A stretch of DNA of 64,000 nt, from positions 31,806,001 through 31,870,000 of the forward strand of contig OZ024743.1 of NCBI GenBank assembly GCA_964016885.1, read 5' to 3'. The notes beneath the pieces were generated by a model. The model saw nothing but the letters and a program-made list of their open reading frames with translations, was not told where the DNA came from and searched no databases. Positions 14,338 through 23,561 of this stretch are shown here, one piece after another. The position numbers and the translations under genes were made by a program. This DNA comes from Eledone cirrhosa. Its lineage: Eukaryota. How positions within the stretch are numbered: the first letter of the stretch is position 1; every line of letters starts with the position of its first letter.

Positions 14338-15689
14338 GGGAAGAAGACGCACATGGTGGATAGAAGGTCGTGAAATCGCTCCCGTAAGTTTTGATTTTTA
14401 ACATATTTAAATCAATTGTGAAATAACAATTCTTAGTACAAATGATACATAAAGCATCCGGGTTAAGTCTCAGAAAAAATTCGGATCCATAATATATTGT
14501 TATATCGCTCAAATATTCAATTTTGTATTATACATTTTATATTCAAAAAAGAAAATGGTTATAAATGGAAGAAAACCCCCTCTGTCTACACTATATAGAA
14601 CAGCCAAATAACAGCAATTTCACCAACACCAGAAACTAGATACACCACCTACTCCATCACCCCTCTGTGTACACTAAATACAACAGCCAGATAACGGCAA
14701 TTTCACCACCACCACCACCAATCTCAGCATAACAATAATAATTACTATTATTATTGTCTCAAGTTTTAACAAAATGTTTAATTCCAATATTAAGAAAAAT
14801 ATGTCAACACATATATATGCGACTAACCCCATAGATTCACCGATCAAACAAAAATACAGTATATTCAACAGAACTCAGTAACGACAACGCCATCACTACA
14901 GTCACCGCCGCCGCCACCCATCCATCATTACTACCACTATCCCATCACCGCCGCTGCCACTCCTTCATTGCTACCACCGCTATCCCCCCATTACCTTCTG
15001 TTAACTTACGAAAGGGGAAGGTGGCGGTATCACTAGACAATATTAATAAACAAGATTAATATTTAATTTTGGATCAGGAATGTTAGAGTCGAAAAGGAGA
15101 AAAATGACAAAATGACTAAATAACTAAAGATAATTTCACCACCAACACCACCACCACTACCACGATGAAAACTCTGGTCAAGTCGACTCAACCGCTATTT
15201 CTACTCCAACTTCAACACCATCACTACAGTACTACGATCACATCACCACCACTGCCTCATTATCGCTACCGCCGCTATTCTCTCCCACTACCTCCTGCTA
15301 GTTGCTGCTAGCACAGCACCGCTACTACCACCACCACCACTGCCTCATTATCACTACCGCCGCTATTCTCTCCCGCTACCCCTGCTACATCGTAGTTCCC
15401 CACTAAAAGAGGAAGGCATCAAAATATATAAATAGGCTGAATTGATAACCCGGTCAAAATCAAAAAAAAAAAATCAAAATTAAAACAGCGCAGCAACAAC
15501 GAAAAACGTAAAGAAAAGAAAAATGAAGAGAAAAACAAACAGACGGACAGAGAAGGGAAGGGAAAAACTAAGTCAGACATTCAAACATTACATTACAATG
15601 AAACTTATGCTTATTCATTTTTGGGTTTGTTTTTTTTTTGCCTGTTTGTTTGTTTGTTTGTTTATTTAGGTTCGTCTACAGCGTGATAA
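14338..15689 (+). mobile_element. unclassified non-coding element X (left copy)
   Basis: Starts GGGAAGAAGACGCAC after (AAT)n, has an ACC/GCC-rich interior and ends TACAGCGTGATAA. A diverged inverted copy lies at 19469-20429. Confidence 0.7.
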
Positions 15690-15690
15690 T

Positions 15691-18600
15691 GCCACACAAA
15701 AATCACGTGGAGTGACGAAATCACCGCAGGTAATGAAATCACCGGTGGTTATGTAACCATACATCCGCCAATCCTCGATAAGAGTGTTTAAATATCGAAC
15801 ATAAACAGTTCGAATAACGGTGAAATGGAGACTAGAACGTCATGTGACAGACTCTCACCCAACAGGTGCCCCCTGGCTCAGCAGCAGGAACCTGACTGTC
15901 AACCAAATACTGCTGATGTTGGAGGAAGAAGAAGAAGGAAAGGGGCCAGAACCAACTGGACGAAAGAATTGAATAGAACTGTTATGCAATGCTACCTGAA
16001 AAGTAACCCCAAGGAGAGGGGCTACAGGAGACGGATGCATAACATCTGGAACGAGATTGGTTTATTTAAATTAGATGAACAAAAATTGGCCGGGCAGGCT
16101 CGGGTAATAAGAACTAATGGGTGGATAAGCGAGCTGGAACTGGAGGAACTGAGCAGAGAGAATGGCTTGGAGATGGCGGGTGTAGTATGCCAGACAAGCG
16201 AGCCGGTGGGAAATGAAGGTGAGGAGGTCCTGAGAACGGAGGAACCACCCGAAGCAGACAATGATCTGAATACTGAGATAAATAATACCTGGAACAGAGA
16301 TACGGCCACTGAGGATATGAATGCTGACGGGCTAGGACAAGATTCGGTTGACATCCTAAATCTAGTGGTAGATGAATTGAACAATGATAGTGGGAGACCT
16401 ATGAACCTAAGATTTGTAGACAGGAAAAAGTTAAAAGAAACAACAGCTAAGGTAAACAAAGTCATCCCATACCTTGAGGCGAGGAGTCTTCACCAGTGCA
16501 ACAATATCCTCAAAGCAACAGCAAATACGGTGAGGAAACTACTTGGTATAAAAGCGAGAGGAAACAACAGACAAGAAAGAGCAGAGCCGTGGTGGAAGAA
16601 GCGACTGAGTGGGCAAATCGGGGAAATGAGAAATGACATAGGAAAGCTTGAGTCACTACTGAATGGGACACTAAAAAACATAGGCACTAAAAATAGACTG
16701 GAAATAAAATACAAAACTAGGAGTAAAAAGCTAAATATTATCATAGAGGAATTGAAGCAACGCACTGTAGCAAAGAGTGCCAAAATCAGGCGATACGAGA
16801 ACAGAGTCAGTCAGTATAAACAGAACCGCATGTTCGACAACAACCAGAAGATGCTGTTTGGACAGCTTGAGGGGAAAGAAAGAGGCAACGACTTGATCCC
16901 TGGGGCGGAACAAGCTAAAACATTCTGGAGAGGAATATGGGAGCAGGATGTTAGACACAATGCCCAGGCAGGGTGGATTGAGACAGTACAGAGGGAGATC
17001 GGTGAGAAGGCACAACAACAGACTGATTTGAGTATCACAGTTGAAACTCTTAAGAGGCAAGCCAAAAAACTAACCAACTGGAAATCACCAGGCCCAGATG
17101 GTGTGCAGGGGTATTGGATTAAACATTTAACATCCCTCCACCCGAAGCTGACGGCCATGTTCAATGACTGCTTGGTGTCGGGTGAGGTGCCAGAGTGGTT
17201 GACAAAAGGTACCACAGTTCTGATAATGAAAGACCGAATCAAGGGTAATGATGTTACCAACTATAGACCTATCACATGTCTGCCCGTAATGTGGAAACTG
17301 TTGACGAGCATTGTGTCTGAGGAAATCTACCATCACCTCCACACAAACAACTTGTTACCGGACGAACAGAAAGGATGCCGAAAGAAGTCACGTGGTACAA
17401 AGGACCAGTTGCTTATTGATAAGATGGTAATGGGGATTTGCAGGAGGAGACACACTGATCTTGCCATGGGATGGATAGACTACAGAAAGGCATTTGACAT
17501 GGTGCCTCATTCCTGGATCACCAAAAGCCTGGAGGTCTTCAGGGTGGCAGATAACATCAGACAGTTGCTGGGCAGGAGTATGGGGTCCTGGGAGACAGAG
17601 TTGACATCAACTGGAGTATCCTTGGGAAGCGTGAAGATCAAGAGAGGTATCTTCCAGGGAGATAGCCTGTCCCCTCTGTTGTTTGTCCTTGCCCTGATGC
17701 CCTTGACCATTATGCTGCGAAAAGTGAGAGCAGGATACAAGTTGGGAAGGGGAGAGCTTACCATCAATCACCTCCTCTTCATGGACGATCTTAAGCTCTT
17801 CGGGAAAAGTGAGAAGGAGTTGGATGTGCTTGTTGACACTGTCCGTATTTTCAGCAGTGATATATGTATGCAGTTTGGTATTGGTAAATGTGGAGTCATT
17901 GTGATGAAGAGGGGTAGGTTGAGCAGAAGTAACGGGATCCAGATACCAACAGGTGAGATGATAAAGGAAATTGACTCTGAGGAAGGATACAAGTATTTGG
18001 GCGATCTGGAGGCTGATGGCATAAAGAACAAAAAAATGAAGGAGTTGTTAAGAACTGAATACATTCGGAGAGTAAGGAGCGTATTGAAGTCACATCTGAA
18101 CAGCAGAAATGCCATAAGCGCAGTAAATTCCCGAGCTGTGTCTATTATTAGGTACAGTGCGGGAATTCTGAGATGGAATGTTGCTGAACAAAAAGAAATG
18201 GATAGGAAGACTAGGAAGCTATTGACTATCTACAACATGTTCCACAAGAGGAGTGATGTCGATAGACTCTACCTAAGGAGATCTGAGGGTGGAAGAGGTC
18301 TTATCAGCATAGAGGACTGTGTTCAGATGGAGAAAAACAACCTATACAAATACGTGACCTATAGTAAGGAGCCAATGCTCAGAACTGTACTGAAGGAGGG
18401 GACAGTAGGCCAGGGGATGTCCAAGGAAGAAATAACATCAAGGAGGAAGAGTAACCTTAAGGGAAAATCCCTTCATAGTACCTTCTTTGAGAAAACTGAA
18501 TTTAGAGATCCACAGACATGGAACTGGTTGAGAAGAGGAGACCTCAAAAAGGCTACAGAAGGAATGCTAATGGCTGCGCAGGAGCAGGCCCTCAAAACGA

Positions 18601-19291
18601 AGTGGTTGAAGCACCATATCTACAAGGAGGAGGCTAGCCCACTGTGCAGGATCTGTGGAGAGAGAGAGGAGACTGTGGCTCACATTGTGTCCGAGTGTAA
18701 ACACCTAGCCCAGACCCACTATAAGGGCTGGAGACACGATGTGATGGGCAGGGTGATCCACTGGCACCTGTGCAAAGTAAACAATCTACCACATTCTGAG
18801 AAATGGTATGAGCATAGGCCAGAGGCGGTGATGGAGAACAGTCAGATGAAGGTGCTGTGGGATTTTAGGATACAGACGGACAAAAAACTGGAACACAATA
18901 GACCTGACCTGGTGGTTGTGGACAAAGAAAAAAGATCGTGCCTGATTGTGGATGTGGCCTGCCCGTTCGACACGAGAGTGCAAGAGAAGGAGAGGGAGAA
19001 AATTAACCGATACCAGGACCTAAAGTGGGAGGTGAAAAGGATTTGGAACTGCCATGAAGTCAAAGTGATCCCGATTGTCATAGGCGCACTGGGGACTATC
19101 TCCAAAGGTTTCCAGGGATGGTTAAAGAAAATCAGCCCCTTCACGCTTTTTGGAACGCTTCAAAAGGCATGCTTGCTTGGAACAGCAAGAACCCTCCGAT
19201 ACGTCCTGAATATCTGAGGCTGCAGGTAGTGGCTTGATATTCAATCCAACGGACTTTCCAGTTAACCAACATCAATGACTGAGATTCAAGG
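15691..19291 (+). mobile_element. R4/Dong family B full-length copy B4
   Basis: 134-nt 5' UTR, intact ORF, 74-nt 3' UTR, then (AAT)n(AAG)n. Confidence 0.95.
15825..19217 (+). CDS. intact RT + CCHC + restriction-like endonuclease protein, 1130 aa
   Basis: N-terminal WTKELN..VMQCY..SNP..RGYRRRM. RT motifs [63 protein letters not shown]. No stops. Confidence 0.95.
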   Translation: METRTSCDRLSPNRCPLAQQQEPDCQPNTADVGGRRRRKGARTNWTKELNRTVMQCYLKSNPKERGYRRRMHNIWNEIGLFKLDEQKLAGQARVIRTNGWISELELEELSRENGLEMAGVVCQTSEPVGNEGEEVLRTEEPPEADNDLNTEINNTWNRDTATEDMNADGLGQDSVDILNLVVDELNNDSGRPMNLRFVDRKKLKETTAKVNKVIPYLEARSLHQCNNILKATANTVRKLLGIKARGNNRQERAEPWWKKRLSGQIGEMRNDIGKLESLLNGTLKNIGTKNRLEIKYKTRSKKLNIIIEELKQRTVAKSAKIRRYENRVSQYKQNRMFDNNQKMLFGQLEGKERGNDLIPGAEQAKTFWRGIWEQDVRHNAQAGWIETVQREIGEKAQQQTDLSITVETLKRQAKKLTNWKSPGPDGVQGYWIKHLTSLHPKLTAMFNDCLVSGEVPEWLTKGTTVLIMKDRIKGNDVTNYRPITCLPVMWKLLTSIVSEEIYHHLHTNNLLPDEQKGCRKKSRGTKDQLLIDKMVMGICRRRHTDLAMGWIDYRKAFDMVPHSWITKSLEVFRVADNIRQLLGRSMGSWETELTSTGVSLGSVKIKRGIFQGDSLSPLLFVLALMPLTIMLRKVRAGYKLGRGELTINHLLFMDDLKLFGKSEKELDVLVDTVRIFSSDICMQFGIGKCGVIVMKRGRLSRSNGIQIPTGEMIKEIDSEEGYKYLGDLEADGIKNKKMKELLRTEYIRRVRSVLKSHLNSRNAISAVNSRAVSIIRYSAGILRWNVAEQKEMDRKTRKLLTIYNMFHKRSDVDRLYLRRSEGGRGLISIEDCVQMEKNNLYKYVTYSKEPMLRTVLKEGTVGQGMSKEEITSRRKSNLKGKSLHSTFFEKTEFRDPQTWNWLRRGDLKKATEGMLMAAQEQALKTKWLKHHIYKEEASPLCRICGEREETVAHIVSECKHLAQTHYKGWRHDVMGRVIHWHLCKVNNLPHSEKWYEHRPEAVMENSQMKVLWDFRIQTDKKLEHNRPDLVVVDKEKRSCLIVDVACPFDTRVQEKEREKINRYQDLKWEVKRIWNCHEVKVIPIVIGALGTISKGFQGWLKKISPFTLFGTLQKACLLGTARTLRYVLNI

Positions 19292-19351
19292 AATAACAAT
19301 AACAATAATAATAATAATAATAAGAAGAAGAAGAAGAAGAAGTAGAAGTTT

Positions 19352-19468
19352 ATGCTGATAAGACCTCTATGCGGATAAGACCTCTTCCACCTTCAGATCT
19401 CCTTAAGTAGAGTCTATTGAAATCACTCCTCTTGTGGAACATGTTGTAGATAGTCAATAGCTTCCTAG
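19352..19468 (-). mobile_element. family B internal fragment B6, truncated at both ends
   Basis: Reverse complement CTAGGAAGCTATTGACTATCTACAACATGTTCCACAAGAGGAGTGAT matches B4 ~18211-18312. It ends in a tandem duplication of AGAGGTCTTATC(C/A)GCAT. Confidence 0.9.
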
Positions 19469-20429
19469 TTATCACCACGCTGTATACGAACACACATAAA
19501 CAAACAAACACACGGGCAGAAAGGGCCCCAAAAATGAATAAGCATAAGTTTCATTGTAATGTAGTATTCGAATGTCTGACTTAGTTTTTGTTTTTTAAGT
19601 TTTACTTTTTCCCCCCTCTTCTCTGTCCGTCCGCCTGCTTCTCTCTTCATTCTTATTTTCTTTACGTTTTTGGGGTTTCTTTTTTTGTTTTTGTTTTTCT
19701 CTGTTTGTTTTTCTCGTTTTTTGCTGTTGTTGCTGTGCTGCTTTGGTTTTGTTGTTTGTTTTTTCTTTTTTCTTTTGAGTCTATCTATATATTTTGATGC
19801 CTTCCTCTTTGTTAGTAGTAGGGATTCTATAATGTGGAAGTAGTAGTAGCAGCCAGCAGGGAGAAGTGGGAGAGGGCGGCGTTGGCGATACTGAGACAGT
19901 GGTGGTGGTGATGTCGATACCGAGGCAGTGGTGGCGGTGATGCGACCGTATTACTGTAGTGATGGTGCTGTAGCGGTGGCAGCAGCAGTGAAGGAGTCAA
20001 GGGGTGGTGGCGGCGGTGATGGGATAGTGGTGGTAATGATGGCCGTAGTGAGCGGTGGCGGTGAAGGTGAAAATGCTGTTGTGTTTAGTGTACACAGATG
20101 ATGGGGTGGGTGGTGTATCTAGTTTCTGGTGTTGGTGAGTTTAGCTGTCCTATATAGTGTAGCCAGAGGAGAGGAGGGGGGGTTCTTCTTCTTCCGTTTA
20201 TAGCCATTTTTTGGGGGGGATATACAGTGTACAATACAAAGTTGAATATTTGAATATTTGAGCCTTATAACAATATATTTTGGGTCCGAATTTTTTGGGG
20301 CTCAAGCCGGGTGCTTTACGTAGCATTTGTACTAAGAGTTGTTATTTCACAAATGATTTAAATATGTTAAAAATTCAAAACTTACGGGAGCGATTTCATG
20401 ACCTCCGTCACCTCGTGCGTCTTCTTCCC
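19469..20429 (-). mobile_element. element X, inverted shorter copy X'
   Basis: Both ends are the reverse complement of X (GTGCGTCTTCTTCCC at 20415-20429 and TTATCACCACGCTGTA at 19469). Part of the interior is missing. Confidence 0.8.
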
Positions 20430-20482
<53 letters not shown>

Positions 20483-20494
20483 GTTATTGTTATT

Positions 20495-20747
20495 CCTTGA
20501 ATCTCAGTCATTGATGTTGGTTAACTGGAAAGTCCGTTGGATTGAATATCAAGCCACTACCTGCAGCCTCAGATATTCAGGACGTATCGGAGGGTTCTTG
20601 CCGTTCCAAGCAAGCATGCATTTTGAAGCGTTCCAAAAAGCGTGAAGGGGCCGATTTTCTTTAACCATCCCTGGAAACCTTTGGAGATAGTCCCCAGTGC
20701 GCCTATGACAATCGGGATCACTTTGACTTCATGGCAGTTCCAAATCC

Positions 20748-20751
<4 letters not shown>
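20495..20751 (-). mobile_element. family B 5'-truncated copy B5
   Basis: Reverse complement of the B 3' end, with (TAT)n on both sides. Confidence 0.95.
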
Positions 20752-20810
<59 letters not shown>

Positions 20811-21144
20811 AGTTGCATTTATCTTACTTTATGTTCATACGAGTTATCACCAAGACACAACCAGTGAGCTCAAGAGACAACAAGGTCCGCCATGTTCAAG
20901 AAAGAACATACATATTCACACATGCATCTTTAGTGTTTAGACTTGTGATGTACTTATATTGACAGAATCTTCCTTAGTATATGGGCAGTTCCCATTAGTA
21001 CTATATTTTGTATTTCTCCTATACGCGGGTTTCCTGCGATTTGCGATAAGTAATCATTAGCCCCTTTAGGTATCATTCCCAGAGCGCCTACAACCACTGG
21101 TATTGTTTTCGTTCTCAATTTCCACATTTTTCAAATTTCTATCT
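20811..21144 (-). mobile_element. family A 5'-truncated copy A3
   Basis: Reverse complement of the A 3' end, with (TAT)n on both sides. Confidence 0.95.
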
Positions 21145-21147
21145 TGA

Positions 21148-21205
<58 letters not shown>

Positions 21206-21421
21206 GAATGCTATGGTTGACGGAGGCTCGGCTCTGTAAGGTATTGTAAATTTTGAACACTATAACAATTGTAAATTGTTTAAAACTTTAACTAACTTGT
21301 AGACAAAAACACCCACCTCCTCGTGAGAGGGGTCTTTCTGCCCGTTATTTGGCCCTTCGGGGTTAAATAACTGCTTATTGGGGTTTTGTGCCCAATATTT
21401 ATTTTAAACCCAAAAAACAAC

Positions 21422-23527
21422 ATGGCTACGAAAAAGAAATGTCATAGGTCACTCCCACTCATTCCGTCTTCTTCTTCCTCAATCATCACTACAGCAGAGA
21501 GAAGATTGTCTCTCTCCCTCCCTTCTTTAAATGTGTCTCTCTCCCTCCCTTCTCTTTCGCAAGCGACGAAAGAAAAGAAAAGTGTCTTGCAAAGCGTGCA
21601 AGGTTTCTCCACGACGACGACGACAGTGACGAAACAGGTGTGCGGGAAATACGAAAACCCAGTTCATTCGTCTGACGTCAGGAATAATAGCAGTAGCAGC
21701 CGTAATAACAACAGCAACAGTGACAATGAAAACAACAGTAGCAGCCGCAACAGCATCACCAGCAGCATAAACAACAACAGCATTAGCAGCAGCAACACCA
21801 ACAACAACCACAGCAACAGCGGCGGAGGCAGTAGTTGTAGTACCTGCAGCAACAACAAAAGTAACAACAGCACTGACGACAACAACAACAACAGCAGCAA
21901 AGAAAAACCAATCTCATTTGCAGGTATTCCGAAAAACTTGGAAACAATCCTCATAACAAATGAGGAATTAGAGGAAGCGAAGAAGATGGTGACAAAGACT
22001 GGACACCGAGCAATCTGCAAGGCAGCGGAAAAACTTTTCGAAACCCAACAGCACTGTACGGTCACGTACCGTACAGTAAGTACAAAATCCCGTAGGGTGG
22101 AAAGAGCCACAGAGGCTCAAATACAAAAAGCCTTGGGGTCTGTGTGGCAGCGGAAAACGCACATCACCCGAGGCAAAAAATATGCCACCGTAGACGTACT
22201 TTTTGCCACACCCCAGGAGGCAAAGGCTCAATCCGTAGTGACCCTAAGTAGCGAGGAAATGGTGTTGGTGCCCTCCTACTGCGGGCAAAAAATTGTGAGG
22301 GTCAAACTGACCCACGCCCCCCCCCCCGGAATGGCCCCTTCTTGGCTGGCCGCGTCTGTCCTCGTCGGAATCGAGGACAAAACAACTGTACTGCAAGTAC
22401 AGAAAAAAGTAAGAGAAGATTGGGTCGGCACCTCCATTGAGATGCTAATCCAAACCAACCAGGAGTGCATCGAAGCTATCCCGAATGTGATAGACTTCGA
22501 TAACGGCACTCAACTGCCCATAAGTGTTGAGGGAAAACGCCCGAAATGCTTTCGCTGTGGAATGAAGACTCACCTCAGGGCCTTCTGCAACGAGAAGACC
22601 CTGAGAAAGGAGAAAACCCCCCTCCTTCCGAAACCGGCTCCACGGCTACCAGCAACAGGACAAGCGGCAACCAGGAACGATAGGTCCGTGGCACCCATAC
22701 CCACGCCACGGAAATCAAAAACAGCAGCAGCAGTGGAAATATTAACAACAACAACAGCAATACCAAATGCAGCTGCAACAGAGACTCCAGTGCAAACATC
22801 ACCAACAACAACAAGTGAAAGAGTGGAGCTGGTACCCCTCCCCAACCTCACAGAATCAGACATGGAGTGTGAGGTGGGAGAGGGATGGCAAAAGGTCGTA
22901 AGAAGGCACAAACGCAGAAGCAGCGCATCGTCGCCTTTGAAAAGGGAGGAAAGAAATGAGAAAAGGTTAAAGTCTACTGCAAAGAGACCCACAGCATCAA
23001 CACCACCAACACCATCACCACCCACACTAGCACCACCATCACCACCGGCGACAACCCCACCGCCAACAACACCTCCACCACCACCACCACAAGCACCAAC
23101 ATCGCAAACACAACAACAAAACACACACACCCAGCAACAACGACAAGAAAATAGCAGAACCTCACCCCACCCACAGAAAAACAAATGCACGGCAATAAAT
23201 ACACACAACAAGAAACTAATGACTTACATAATTGAACACACAGACATTTCACAACACGACTACATAATACCAGCACCAATCAAAACGCCAACTAACATAA
23301 GACTGCTAAAAATAGCACAGAAACAATACACAAACATTAAAACGAAATTCCCCAACGCAGTTGGTGATTTCAGGGACCTAGGAGGAACTATCAATCGAAG
23401 AGTATATTCAGACATTCTCATAGAAGAGCCGACGACCAGCCGAAGGGACGATTCAACGGTCCCTTCACCAGACGATCAAGTGAAAAGGGATGTAAAAACC
23501 ATCCCTCCTCTACCAAAAGTACGGTAA
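21422..23527 (+). CDS. Tx1 ORF1 (gag-like, single CCHC knuckle), ~701 aa from ATG
   Basis: Open frame with CFRCGMKTHLRAFC knuckle, WQKVVRR motif, and N/S-rich and P/T-rich low-complexity segments. Confidence 0.85.
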   Translation: MATKKKCHRSLPLIPSSSSSIITTAERRLSLSLPSLNVSLSLPSLSQATKEKKSVLQSVQGFSTTTTTVTKQVCGKYENPVHSSDVRNNSSSSRNNNSNSDNENNSSSRNSITSSINNNSISSSNTNNNHSNSGGGSSCSTCSNNKSNNSTDDNNNNSSKEKPISFAGIPKNLETILITNEELEEAKKMVTKTGHRAICKAAEKLFETQQHCTVTYRTVSTKSRRVERATEAQIQKALGSVWQRKTHITRGKKYATVDVLFATPQEAKAQSVVTLSSEEMVLVPSYCGQKIVRVKLTHAPPPGMAPSWLAASVLVGIEDKTTVLQVQKKVREDWVGTSIEMLIQTNQECIEAIPNVIDFDNGTQLPISVEGKRPKCFRCGMKTHLRAFCNEKTLRKEKTPLLPKPAPRLPATGQAATRNDRSVAPIPTPRKSKTAAAVEILTTTTAIPNAAATETPVQTSPTTTSERVELVPLPNLTESDMECEVGEGWQKVVRRHKRRSSASSPLKREERNEKRLKSTAKRPTASTPPTPSPPTLAPPSPPATTPPPTTPPPPPPQAPTSQTQQQNTHTQQQRQENSRTSPHPQKNKCTAINTHNKKLMTYIIEHTDISQHDYIIPAPIKTPTNIRLLKIAQKQYTNIKTKFPNAVGDFRDLGGTINRRVYSDILIEEPTTSRRDDSTVPSPDDQVKRDVKTIPPLPKVR

Positions 23528-23561
23528 GTGGTCTTTCCCATCTTTTCCACTCTATTTAAAC

